Source: Trichosphaerium sp. ATCC 40318
Taxonomy: Eukaryota; Protista; Tubulinea
DNA length: 64,000 nt
Assembly: GCA_038496445.1 (NCBI GenBank)
Contig: JALMLS010000075.1
Span: forward strand, 1-64,000
Direction: 5' to 3'
Shown: positions 23,161 to 36,191 of the stretch, in pieces
Layout: each line of letters starts with the position of its first letter
Numbering within the stretch: position 1 is the first letter of the stretch
Notes under the pieces: model-generated
The model's input: only the letters and a program-made list of their open reading frames with translations
The model's database searches: none
Told to the model about the DNA's origin: nothing
Translations under genes and position numbers: made by a program

Positions 23161-24421
23161 TTGTGCGTATTTATGTTTGTTGGTGCGTTTATACTAAACG
23201 GTGGAGCGCCATTCGCCTAAATGAACTGAAAAATTGCGAGTTTTCAGTGTGGTTTACGTTCACGAAAATATACCTCGCCTTACCTCAAGCATCATATAAA
23301 AACCAAAATACAATAGTTGTGTTGGTGGATAACAGTGAAATAACTAGTTGTTGATTTGTCAGTTACAAGGCTTGATTCAGCACCTGCATTGACATTCTTG
23401 CATGTGGAAGTAGTGTACATCGTTTGTGTACTCAAATATTATCCAAATGCTTTCGAGAGCGGAAGGAACACTTACTGTTACGTTTATTTTACCTTCTCCT
23501 TCTAGAACAAGAGCAAATCCAGTAGAAACAGTATTAAAGTTAAAGTTTAGGTGTACAACAACGCTACTTGGTTCAGCAGCATAATATCCAACTTCTACGA
23601 CTTGAATGATTTCTTTATGAAGCTTGGTTGGTTCAAGATAGTAGCGTTGTTATTGCTGTTATTGTTGCTCCACTGGTCAAAGTGTATGTAGTTCAAGTTG
23701 AACTCGCTACTCTTTGACATTTTTAAATGATTACCATCCACCAGTTGGAGTAAACCCGAACCGTTTTGTTTACCATTGATCCTGATCTCAAGATTCTTAT
23801 CTCTAATTGCGCTTTCAGAAGCAACACTAGGGGTAATATCATAATCACTTGTTAGTGAAGAGTCGCATTAAAGCCACTCACTATTTTCAATCCAGCCACC
23901 GTTGCAACCACCGTTGCTCAGTAGTTTGAGTATCTACAAGCTTAGAGTTTCTGTTATTATTAGGAACACAGCTAAAGTTTCCTATTGGCGAAAGAATAGG
24001 TACAGAGCTGAATATAGAATAGCATGAAATAACTGCGTTTGTGAGTACAGGCAACCCCTGCTAGAGTACACTGCCGGCCTATCGATGGTATAGAGTACTT
24101 TATGAGGTTATGCTTAGAAAGTCACATGTTTGACTGATTGAGTTCTTTTGCAAAGTTGTTTAATTGCAAATTGAAATAGCCTTGTTTTCAAGTGACAAAG
24201 ATGCATTTCGGATGATTGTACTTTTCATAGTTGAATCCTTTGTGGCTGTATGTTGATACTACTACTGGATGCCAGGTCGTCATCGTGAGATGTTGTACAA
24301 AACGTGGACTTTAGTGAACCTACTTCGAGGAATTGTTCTCAGATTTTTGAGTGTCACGACGTATTTTCCGTGCAAAAACAGCATTCATAATTACAATATT
24401 TCACGTGGCGCACAACAACGA

Positions 24422-25549
24422 ATGTCAAAAAGACAAGCAACATCTCTTGAGAACCAACCACCGTCCAAAAAACAAAAAACCACCAAAAACACAAAGAAAG
24501 AAATAAAGTACCCTCCAGAACACGCGACAATACATGGAAGACAAAAAGCGCTAGCTGAATTCGTAAAAAGCGTTACATCGAGTTTGTTTATCGTTGATTC
24601 AAGCGACACGACTTCTATGCCCTCTGTGAACGACGTTAAAGCCTATTTAGACTTTATTAAGTCCAAAACGTACAGAATCGCGAAGATTCAGCGTAGTTGC
24701 GAAAGAAAAAAGCAATTGTATCGTTTTCTTGAGCTGACACAAACCTATCTCGAAACACAAGTGGTGGATTTAGAAGATGACGATGAACAAGATTTGTATA
24801 ACAGAGGTCCTACTTTTCCTGATTATACAAATATATCAAACATTGAAGAAGTCTATCAATTAGCTGTTCTTGCAAGCACGATTCAGATCATCGATTCAGG
24901 CACACTTTTTTTTTGTTTCTTCTTTTTTTCTTTTTTTTTTTTTTGCAACCGCGAAGCTTTAGTTATCAGTTTCTTTTCTTGATCGAGATGATCTTGATGT
25001 TGTGGAATCTGTCTCACTAGTTGTCTTTTGTTTTGATTACGTAAGCTAACATTGATATTAGTAGAAGAGAACACTATTGAAGATTTCAATAATTGCATGG
25101 CTTCAAATAAAACCTTGATGAAGTTTGAATGCAATAATCAAAAAATAGTTTTAAACTTTTCTTGTTGCTCTTTTACTCCAAGGGCCGGTTCATCAGGAAG
25201 CTACCACATTCTATTAGAAGAACATAGCATAGAAAGTATATCTTTGAAGCACTTAAACGAAGAGTATTATGAAGATGAAGACAAAGAAAATATTGAAAAA
25301 ACAGAAATTATCCATTTTTACTCAGAATGCAGACAAAATGGAGAAACACGTGATGAAGATGAATGCAAACAGTTATTTAGCGATTTTTGTGATAGATTAT
25401 TTAATCTCATAGAACCTAAGCTTGTCAAAGGTTCTGTAATGGCATTAAGCCATATACAAGTTTTCGACATGCTATCTACTGCTTTTGGTGTCTTAGATAT
25501 GGATCTACATCATCACACACTGCAAGAAGTTAGGGCTCTTTTCGAATGA
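24422..25549 (+). CDS. Hypothetical protein with an N-terminal NLS (2 exons)
   Basis: MSKRQATSLENQPPSKKQK; ORFs 24269 and 25052 join through a probable GC-AG intron 24900-25061. Confidence 0.65.
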
Positions 25550-25915
25550 GATTTAATTGCAAAATATACCTAAAGTATACTGTACCAGACCTAAATGACA
25601 GCCTGAATAAAGTGCTAACTTTCATCTTTTTGCCAAAATAGTAAGAGTAATGATTTGAAAAATAACAATGTACATCACAATGAATAAGATGTAAGAGCTG
25701 CAAAACCACAAGATACATGGCGTACTAGTAACCTGTATTTTTTTCTGAAAGAATTTCAGAACCTGTTCGTTCCCTTTGTGATTATTATTGTGAATAAAGG
25801 TGACAGCATTGAAAAACTATATTGATGGGTAACTAAAACAATAACATAGGGAGCAGCGTTAATAATGTAGACATATACAACATTAAAGTAGTTTTATTGA
25901 CACGAGCCAATCGCC

Positions 25916-26692
25916 TCAACCGGAAATTGAAACACCAGAAACAGCAAGTGCCATTTTAGCGCTTGACGAGATGTTCCAACAGAAGCGAACATCCATAGAT
26001 TTTAATCCACCTGCTACCAACGGACGTAGAACTCTGTTTGTAACGCTTGAGTATGCCACACTTAAGGTTTCTACGCCAATGAGATTCAAAACACCTCTGT
26101 CAGTAGTCTGAAGACAATGAGTCAGATCAATATTTTTTGCGCCGGCAATGTAACTCAGGCCTTTGTCAGTGACACCATAGCAACTTGCCAAATTAATCTT
26201 GTAAATGCCTTTCAAAGGTTTCAATGCTTCATCAGTGATTTCTGTACATCCCAACATCATGGTATGAGCTCCAGCTAGAGCCTGAACGCCTTTGTTTGTG
26301 ACTTGGCGACAATGCCGTATATCAATTGTGTGGACTCCAGCTAGCGGTATAATACCAGCGTCTGTGATTTGAGTACAACGATACAAACAAATATTTCTTG
26401 CTCCTGCCAATGAAGCTACTCCAGCGTCTGTTATATTGCGGCAACTGCTTAGATCGATATATTGCACACCAACAAGTGCTTTGAGACCTTTATCAGTGAC
26501 GTTCGTACCAGCAAGATCAATTGCGGTTACTCCAGCTAATGACGCAATTCCGACATCTGTTATATCCTTACAGCCTCTCAGACAGACCGTGTGAGCACCA
26601 GCGAGGTGCATTAGACCTTCATCTCTGAGTAGTGAATAGCCATCTCTGTCTGCAGTTAGGTTCAGTTTTTTTGCGCCTGCTAACAACTTCAT
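25916..26692 (-). CDS. Intronless cysteine-containing LRR protein (~22-aa repeats)
   Basis: About 10 repeats like LAGVHTIDIRHCRQVTNKGVQA; no F-box seen. Confidence 0.85.
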   Translation of the reverse strand: MKLLAGAKKLNLTADRDGYSLLRDEGLMHLAGAHTVCLRGCKDITDVGIASLAGVTAIDLAGTNVTDKGLKALVGVQYIDLSSCRNITDAGVASLAGARNICLYRCTQITDAGIIPLAGVHTIDIRHCRQVTNKGVQALAGAHTMMLGCTEITDEALKPLKGIYKINLASCYGVTDKGLSYIAGAKNIDLTHCLQTTDRGVLNLIGVETLSVAYSSVTNRVLRPLVAGGLKSMDVRFCWNISSSAKMALAVSGVSISG

Positions 26693-27455
26693 GTTCTTGT
26701 TTGTTGTGCTTGGGTCAACCCTACAAAACGATGTTAATTTTGGTTTCAAAATAAGATTGATTTGTAGATCGATTTTTTGATTGATTTTACTTACGTCAAC
26801 ATATGAGTCCGAAGCAATTTTTTATGTTTTACTATCTGTTGGACATTTCTATTGTTTATGATACCACAAGATTCGCATGTGCATACAGGTGTATCGCAAG
26901 TAGGGTGAGAAGATTGTTGAGACATGTTTGAGGAGATGATGTGTTGCTTGGGAGATAATTTGATTTATGAAATATGATTTACGACAAAATCATTCAAGTA
27001 TTAAGTGAACAGATTGATGCTGCATCAATCAACACTTTCAATCTCATTTCAATCAATATACAGCAACTTAGAGGAAGTAGTGGTTCTCTATTGTAGATAG
27101 AGTTAATTGATGATTGAAAAACTGTAAAACTTGATGATTGAGAGGCCAAACTTCTGATTGATATCAAACTACAGCCCAAATCACAACAGAAAATATTTGT
27201 ACTGATTGATAACTATTGCTATCAAGTACTGAGATTCGCCTTTTTTTTTCAGTTATTTTATGTTGTTACATTACTTTACATCAATTTTCTTGTACAGAGG
27301 TAGACCCTCAACGACATAGCCAAACCAAGGCTAACATATTTCATAGTACCACTGTTTAGTGGCACTTTGCTCTATACACTTGTTCTAATACTACAGTACC
27401 GCTCACAGCATTCAACTTGCTGTAAACTGATTTTATGACAATCGAAAAGCTTAGT

Positions 27456-30109
27456 TTAAAAGCTAATATCTTTACCAACTGTGTTTGGTGGTGAACCACT
27501 AGTAACACCTCTTGTCCTACTATTATATGAAGACAATGCAAACACAAAAGGTAAAGCTCCAAAGTTGACATTAAGCTCTTCTCCTTGTGAATGCAATGAA
27601 ACCATTGAGTATATCCCATGAGGTAACAGGTCAACTAAATGACGAGGCATCTGCGCAAAGCGTGAGACAATTGCGGATACATAAATTAAAACAGAGTTTG
27701 AAAGTAGACCACGTGTTATTTTCAAAGAATTGTTCGAACAAGGAAATGAAAAAGATAACAAAAAGTTTCGTACTGCTAGAGGTTTGGAAAGCATTCTACC
27801 ATTCAAAGTCCAAAATATAATTCGTCTCTCATAGTCTACACCACAACCAACAACATCACCATCGTTAAAACCGGCTCCATAACGAGAACCTCTTGGTGAC
27901 CCTGATAGTTGCTTTCCTGCAGCTGTATACCCCACAGACCCTTCATAAACGCCTAGGCGCTTTCCAGTGTGCTGTACTGGATAGTTATTCGATCCAACAC
28001 CAATAGTGATGGTTCTAAAAGAAAAAATCAATGAAAAGTTATGTTTAGTAAAACAATCCGCATTAAAAAAACGCACCCTGCTCTTCCTGTGCTAATTATT
28101 TTCGCTTCGAAGTATCCTATATTCACAGGATTACGAGTTCTAAATGATGAAGGACATCTAAGTAGTGGTTGTGTTGAGGCTACAGTCTAAAACCAGATAA
28201 GAAACAAAGCATAGCGGAAAGCGTTTTTGGTAGGAGTACAGTAAGAAACTAACAATCAAAGTAAAAAAGTCTTGTAAAGTATAGGACGTACAGCTACATC
28301 TCTACTACTTATTGCTTTAGTTTTATAAGATATTGTCAATCCCTTATTTTTTATAACAGCAGCAGGAACTAATCCTTCAGGTGACAAATATCCTTTTTGA
28401 ACAGCTTCCCAAGATTTCGCACTTGTGTAAAATTCTTGTGGCAACGATACTCTGCTTTGACCTCGTTGTTGAACCTTAAAGTACTATTGTGAGAATGGCA
28501 TGTTAGGCCATATGAGAGCTTTGCATACCTTTGGTTTTAAATATTTGTCATCCTTGTACTTCAAGACTTTTAAAACTGCTTCAATTGCTGGTCGAGTTGC
28601 TGGTTCTTGATGCCAACATTTTCTCATTAATCGCCGAAGTGGTACCTCCCAATCATGTGATACTGGTAATCGTTTACCATCTCTAACGTGAATAACTAAT
28701 TGCATATAGTCTGTAAAACCAAGGGCTTCATAAGGAACCTAAACTATGGTAAGTCTTGATTGAAAACCAAAAAGTGACAATATACAAAGCCAATCTCAAC
28801 GTGGATTGGCTTTTGAAAAAGGATTCTATAACGCACTTGTCCTACTAGCAATTCCCACAATATTATACCAAAGGAATATATATCTACTTTTTTATTATAT
28901 CTCTTAGTGCTGGAGTCCATCATTTCTACCACAAGGCGTTAGTAAACTTTGCAAAAAACGAAAAAAAAACGTAAACATTAAAAAAACTACCTGGAGCCAT
29001 CCAATGCCACGTGCCAACTGGGTGTGGTCCAGTCTTCGTAATAATAGATTTCTTTGCTATTTTTGTTAATCCGAAGTCTGCGAGTACAGGATTAAGGCTA
29101 GCGTCAAGCAAAACATTTGGTGATTTCAAGTCACGATGAATTATCCCGTTTCTATGCAAGTACTGAATACCTAATTATAGTTTTAGTTTACGATTACTTA
29201 CAGAGTAATATGCTCTAACATACCTTTACCAATACCGCTAGCGAACCTATATACTTCATCAATAGATTGAGCACCATGTCTCTTCAGGTATTGATGCAAA
29301 TCACCTCGTGGCATAAAAGTTGTTATAACGCAAGGTCTTGGCGCTATAAATGCTGTCACTAGTGGAACAACATTTTCGTGGTTCCCCAAAGCCCTATACA
29401 GCGATTTAGAGTTTAAAATAAAAAAATAAAGCGGTCCCAAGTGGTTAAAACAAAAATTCCTAAAAAAGCAGAGATTAAGGTTTTAAACGTACAAGCACGT
29501 GTCGAACTCATCTCTAAACTCCTTCTCAGACGATTCTGTTATGAATATCTTAATAGCAACAGATTTACCACGGTATAAACCCTTCCAAACCTTTTACGAA
29601 AAAATTAAAAGACCAGTATCGTTCACCTCGCACAAACGTACCTTTGCTTGTCCTGAGTCTGATATAAGCCTTAAATAACGTAAATCTTCAGAGTAATCAG
29701 GTCTTTCATCCAAAAATAGTTGTTTCTTTTTTGTATTGTTTTCTTTTTGTTTTCTAGATCCTGAGTGTCTTTTCTCACGCGATTGTCTTCGTTTAGAGTT
29801 CTTTTTAGCCTTTTTGCTAAATAGTACATTAGGACAAAACCTTGTTTTCCTATTTACTGAACGTAACAACGAGTTTTAATATAAACGAACTTGAAAATGC
29901 GGGGTGGGTGTAGTTTTGTACCGAAGTTTTGCAATTTCGTCTTGCATCCGTGAAATTTCGCTTTTTAACTCGGATACTTCTGTGCCGTTCTTGAGCCGAG
30001 TTATTTCTAATTGTAAGCGCGCATTTTCATCGAGGATTTCTCTTGGGGTCAGCGATACTTCTACAAGTGTGTAAGGAGCTTGTTGATGGCGTTTATTATC
30101 GCAACGCAT
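27456..30109 (-). CDS. TKL-group protein kinase with a C-terminal SPRY domain
   Basis: [47 protein letters not shown]; [37 protein letters not shown]. Confidence 0.9.
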
Positions 30110-30721
30110 AGTTGTCGCGTACTAATGCACACTTATGACTTTAAATGTATCTGTGCCGATGATTACGTAGTCGTGACAACTACGACGAAACGCAATTTGT
30201 TTTGCCAATGGCGCAAATTTTTCGTTACTTACCAGTAGAGTTCATTTATAGGTTAAACGATTGTACTGAGGGAAAAAGCGGTTTTGGTGTTCTTTGAGGG
30301 TGTACTACAAACAGAACAAGCTGGTACGTTTGGATGGATTACAATACGCTAGTAGGGTATTGTGTGCCACTGTTACGTTAAAATGTATTAATGACTTTTC
30401 AGCGTCAAAAAAACCCCGCATTACTAAGTCAACAACCGTAATCGCGTCCTATTGGTTTGGGTGCTGTAAGAGCTTCTTTACCAAACAGGCTTCCAAACTT
30501 CAATAAGGAAGGCATGAATTTTGTGCGGGTTCTATTTAGCGAAAATACTAGAATCTTTCCAAATACATCCTTCAAGCACAGCTCATAGCGTCTCAAGTGT
30601 CGCAATGTTGACACTTTTAGTAATGATAAACCCAACAAGCAATTTGACGCTATTACAAATGCATTCACAAGTGTCAATTGGAATTTATTAAAGAAAAAGC
30701 AATGGAACAATACAAACCCAT

Positions 30722-31170
30722 CTAAACTTCCATATCGAGACATAATACCTCCTCTACGAAAGGCTTAATGGCTTTCTTGAACTCGATGTGTAGAGGATGA
30801 ACCTACAAAAGGACGCTTAGTTTGTACAAATTACGCGTTTGTATTATACCTGGTATACATCAAGAGCAGCTTTGTCATCAAATCGACAAAATAAACCAAG
30901 TTCGTGCTTTGTTCGTGTAGAAAAGTTTTTGCCTGTCGTAATCGTTTTAGATTAGCGTAGTTTGGAGAACGCGTACCAAGCTCGACCAGTTGTGTGCCCT
31001 TTATGGTTCGTAACTCTGCAGCAGCCTTAGAAAGGGTGCCATATTGCTCTTCAGTAACTCCTGCTTCTTTAAGCTTAAACCATACCATGTGGGCGACGCT
31101 AGACTAAAAACACACAATTACGGCGTCTTACTACGCTATGGCTCCTGCTTACCTTGTTTTGAGTGGCCAT
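30722..31170 (-). CDS. Stress-responsive A/B-barrel (Dabb) protein
   Basis: VAHMVWFKLK...VELGKNFSTRTKHELGLFCRFDDKAALDVYQVHPLHIEF...VLCLDMEV*. Confidence 0.85.
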
Positions 31171-31551
31171 TATTTATTACGGTGAATTAAATGGTAACGG
31201 GAACGCAAGACTTTAAGTGTCAACAGTTTTCAACTTGACGTGACATGTCAAACGTTTTTTCTCCGTTTTTTTATTGCTTACTTCTTTTGCTCTAACAAAC
31301 GTGAAAAACGAACCGACACCTTGCCCTACCTGAAAAGTAAATAACACCACAAATTCCACACGACTTTGTTTTCTATTTTCTTTGCAACATACTTCACCAT
31401 AAATTTCCCTTTGCATTGTGAAACGAGACATATAAACGCTCTTAAGCACCAACCTGTGGAACTCAAACAAACTTACCAAAAACCTGCGAAAAACAGAATT
31501 AATCGTTTAGTGACACGTTTTGTGAAACAATACAGCGCCAATACCATTCTC

Positions 31552-31940
31552 ATGCGCGAAAATAGCTACTACAAGACATTGTGGGTGTTTGGGTGAGTGC
31601 ATTATCCTATTTACCCACTTTTTTTTTGACTATCAAAATGAATGGTTCATAAGTGACGAGTAATTATTAAATGACAGAAAGACGGACATCGGCGGAGTCT
31701 CAACTGAGTCAGGTGGCGTTCAAGAAGAATTGTCGTTCAGGGCATTGCGTTTCCATCAGTTGGGCACGGGCAGGCCATCTGTAAGGCAAGAAGAGTGCCG
31801 ACCGATGTTTGTTCGTCTATTTCTATCGCACATCATTAATTCAGATTGCGAGGGAGGACCTTAGGAGGCCTCTCGTGGTGCCACTGAACAATGCTCACCG
31901 GAGCAGGTGCCTCAGTCCGAATCGGACTAACGTTTTGTGA
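31552..31940 (+). other. GC-richer island: possible 3-exon ~79-aa degenerate J-domain-like gene and/or structured RNA
   Basis: Canonical GTGAGT..CAG and GTAAGG..CAG introns keep the frame; YYKTL...GVS...FRALRFH; several hairpins. Confidence 0.35.
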
Positions 31941-32038
31941 AAAACTGTAATGCAACGAAATTCTAAACGTTCAGTATAACGTAATGTACACTTTGTTTTA
32001 TTACTATTTTACACCCACACCATCGCTAAACCATCTCT

Positions 32039-32629
32039 TTATCCTCTAAATTCCCATGCTTGCCTACACATAGGACCTAGTAGAAAAAATAAGCATCGAA
32101 ATGCTTCAACAAAGTGTCAAAATTTTTTTGTTGAAACAAAATTAAAAATGTAGTTTGCATGTACATCTTCCATTATCAATTTTCTCTTCTCCAGGATCAC
32201 GATTAATCCATTTTATGATACAGTGCATGTGAAATACATGTCCACATTTCCCCCAAACTAATCACAACGTTAAATACGCTGGGGATGTACGCAAAACGGT
32301 TTGCCGAACAAAATTATTTTCGAATACGCATAGAGCGCTTGAATAAAGTCTGTAGACGCAAGATCACATAGTTTCAACGCGTAAGAAACGTACTTGGAGG
32401 ACAATCGTCACCTGGCATCTTACAGTCTGGGCAGTGCGCGTCAAATGCTTGTCTGCATATACCACACTCCTCGTCTTCGACCTACAAAACATTTAAATGT
32501 TTTGGCTTGAAATAAAGACAAGTTTACCTCCCAATGCCATGCAGCAACAGCATGCCATTTCTTTATTGTAACCTTAAGCCTAGGCTTGCTTGCATTCGTC
32601 ATTCTGGTATCAGTAACTTGTTTTGACAT
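32039..32629 (-). CDS. APC11: Anaphase-promoting complex subunit 11 (RING-H2)
   Basis: LKVTIKKWHAVAAWHWE-VEDEECGICRQAFDAHCPDCKMPGDDCPP..WGKCGHVFHMHCIIKW...CPMCRQAWEF. Confidence 0.95.
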
Positions 32630-32861
32630 TTTGGCGGGATAACAACAGCGTGTTGCGCGTTATATCGTCAATTGATTGTATTGGTACGACTCCAAGCGCT
32701 GACTATACTGAATAAATTGAATTCGCGTTTGAAATGCGCCAAACGCTTAGTATCAAGTATTGAGAGTACTGAAACGCTATTGTGAATGTCAACAGAGAAA
32801 GAACATGGTTGACCCTAAAATTGTTGTACGACCATTCTCGAACTTATTCTGAACGCTTGCA

Positions 32862-35800
32862 ATGCGCCTACAAGGGCTCTTAATTCTTGCTGTAAGCCTT
32901 ACATTTGTCGGCACGGGTACAGGCATCATTTACGATTCGTACGTGTAATTACCCTCCACATTACCACAAACGCTGCCGAATAGGCCTTACCCTACTATCA
33001 CAGTGGAGTTTGATGACTTTGTAATTGATTCAAGAGATGTAGCTGCCACATTGAAGTTTAACGAAAAGATAGCGAGTACGGCGTTATAATCACCTTTTTT
33101 GTTACCATCACACGTGTTTTACGACAAATAAGTAACGAAGCACGTGAGAGTGCCTTTTCGAAAGAGCCCAAAAACACAAGAAAGCTCAACACTTTTTTCT
33201 CAGTTTTTCCTTATTTACTCCTCTTTAAGATGGGACGTTGATATCTTACCACATTTACGACACAAATGGACACCAGTATGCAAACTCCACCACGTATCTT
33301 GAGCGATCAACGGACTCGTTTGCCACAAAAGGATTCAGAGTAAAGGGGTTTAAAAGATCGCTAACATTTGAAATAACTTTAAGGTACCTCATCCATCACA
33401 TTTGGACAGTCTTTAACTTTCTATTGGTTATAAAGTAATGGTAACTTGACGTACACTAAAACAGAGGAAAGAGAGATAAGAGGTATGCCAGGGTTTTTAA
33501 CTCTGGTACCACCTATTTTTGCTATTGCGATAATCATTCTTTTGAGAAGCCCTGAACTCGGTACAAACTTTATTTTTTTGCTCATTCTCATATTGTCGAT
33601 AGGTATGTTCTGTGGCGTATGGTGTGCTGGATTTTTATTTAATTCGTATAACCCTTTGACTGGGTTTTTGGACGTCTTGGGAAAGAACGTACCCGAGATC
33701 TTGACGGACAAGTAAGTCAGTTTTTTTTTTTTGAAAAGACTTGGTGACGTTCTGATTTAGAGAGATTGCGTTACTTGTAGTTTATACGCTTGTGTTGGGT
33801 GGATTCACAGGTAAGTAATCTAATTATAGTAATTTAATACTTAACTAAGTGGTACAGAGCTGTTGAAGGAATCAAAGAGCATGCAACAATTGGCTGAAAA
33901 AGTTAGTAAATTAGCGTCTACCTCTATGCGTGTTCAACTGATCACGTGGATATTTGGTGTTGCGATAAATATGGATGATTATCTTAGTATTTTTATCGTT
34001 GGACCTGCAGTACTTCCTCGTACGTTCAAAAGACACTCAGGCAAAAACAATGTCGTTGTAATAACACGTGCTCTATACTTACGCTGTGAAGTTACGGATA
34101 AGATGTACATCTCAAGGGACAAACTTGCGTTTTTGATTGGTACCCTCGAGTCATTTACAGTGTGAGTAGTAACTTCTATACTTAGATTCCACAGCAGGAT
34201 CAGTTGCAAGCTTGTCGCCTATTTCTAGTATTTTCGCAGTAATGCTTGGTTATCTCACCATAACTTTTGAAGCAAATGACCTTGCTTATAACGCAGGTTC
34301 AATGCTTTTGGATTCAATTCCAAGGTATGCAAAATTACATATCAAATAAGAGTACCAAGAGCTCGATTACTTCACAATCTGTAATTTTTTTACCTTTTCC
34401 CGCTTTGTTGTGCTCTTGTTTTTTGTATGTTTATTAGTTTGTCTCAAACCTTTTCTTTAGAATGTACTATCAGGTGTTTATTATAATCTTGGTTCTTTTT
34501 ATTGCTGTGTCTGGGAGAGAATTTGGATTCATGCATACATCAGAAAATGAAACAAGAAGAAAATCTCAATACGCTACAATAGGACCTGAGTCGGTAAATG
34601 AGGATGATGATGAGATTGGTCTTGACTCTACAGAACAAGCACTGATGGCAGAATCAAACACCGAAAGTGAACTTGAAACTGAAGTTCTACCATCCAAAGG
34701 AAACTTTTGTAAGTGACCTAGAGAATCAACCCATTCGTTCTTCCAGCAGGTTCTTTATCGTTCTCACTGTTTTTATATAGGTGCTAGGTACAGGTGGGTT
34801 ATATCTATTGTACTTTTAGTGCTTCTTATAGCGTTTGCTGTTATTGCTGTTATCATTGAGGGCTTATCTAACATAGGTACACATTTCCTTTATCACGTGT
34901 GTTAGGACTCTTTTAACTTTTATTTTAGATCCTGATGTTGCTAAATCTCCTTCGAATATTATCGAAGCTGCTGAAATTCTTGTTATACTCACATGGGTTT
35001 ATACGGCTGATACAATGATAATGATACTTATATTGAGAGTATTCCGTATATTCACACTATCTGATATTATGGATCACTTTGTCAATGGCATGAAGACTAC
35101 TATTGGTGCTATATTCATTCTTCTTTTGGCATTGGCTTTTGGAAGTATGATACAAGCTATTCACCTTGGTACGCTCTGTTTGATGTTCTTCTTTTTGAAA
35201 AGTAGTAATATTGTTTTTTAACTTGTTTTGTTGCTGTAAAGATCAATTTGTTGTCTCTCTGATAAGCGATAATTTATACTATGGTTGGCTACCAGCCATA
35301 ACTACCATACTTGGTGCCTTCATAAGCTTTTTTAGTGGGACATCTTTTGGCACAATGGCCATCTTGGTGAGTGTTATTTATTGCACAACGTAAAATGAGC
35401 TATTATTTCTAACGTTACCGTATTGTAGTTTCCGTTGATAATACCAATTGTAACTGAAGCAGCTCCTGGTAACGACGATATATTAAAAACAGTTATTGCT
35501 GCTATCATTGGAGCAGCCCACATTGGTGATCACTGCTCACCATTCTCCGATACTACGATTTTAAGGTACGAAATTCTCAGCTTTTCTACATAGTATCCCA
35601 TCAACTTGTATTTTATTCATATCTTTTCTAGTGCTACTGTCTCTGGTATCAAAACAACACAACACACTAAAACACAGTTTCCTTATGCTATAATGGCGTT
35701 CGGATTTGGTACGCCACATGTAGATTTCAAACAATGCTGTCGAGAACACTCGTCTAACTAACTGTATAACAGCCTTTGTCACTGGATACGTTGGTGTAGG

Positions 35801-36097
35801 TCTACAATGGTATCCATGGTATGTACCATACTTATACGGGATTCCAGCAATGCTTGGTGTCCTTATGTTAATTGGCAGACGACCTGGAAACTTCAACCAT
35901 AAGACAGGTAAGGCTGTACTCACAAGCACACATGTTCTTCTTTTTTGTTTTTCATTGAATAGTTGAGGCTAACTTAACTAATACAAGGTAATCTTGGTCC
36001 TACTGATAAGATGAGCTATGCATGGAGATTTTTTAAGATGACTTTTGGTCGCTTTCAGTGTTGTAGATCAAAAGTGATTCAAGACACAAGAGCTTAA
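32862..36097 (+). CDS. Na+/H+ antiporter NhaC-family transporter with signal peptide, intron-rich
   Basis: TLVPPIFAI, MDDYLSIFIVG, ISRDKLAFLIDSTAGSVASLSPISS, SFFSGTSFGTMAIL, GDHCSPFSDTTILS. Confidence 0.88.
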
Positions 36098-36191
36098 AAA
36101 AAAAAGAACTCAGATATTTTAATATGCTATTATAAAATATACTACACTTATCCTACCTGTGAATTGTCTTCGTTGTCTTAATCCTGTTGAG

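Noticed and set aside
26994-27179. Possible decayed LRR repeats upstream of the LRR gene
   Set aside because: The similarity (LGCSLIS, LSCCIL) is too weak to support by eye.
31670-31935. Assignment as RNase P/MRP, SRP, telomerase RNA or snRNA
   Set aside because: Only isolated partial motif matches; no P4 partner strand, SRP helix-8 loop, telomere template or Sm site was found.
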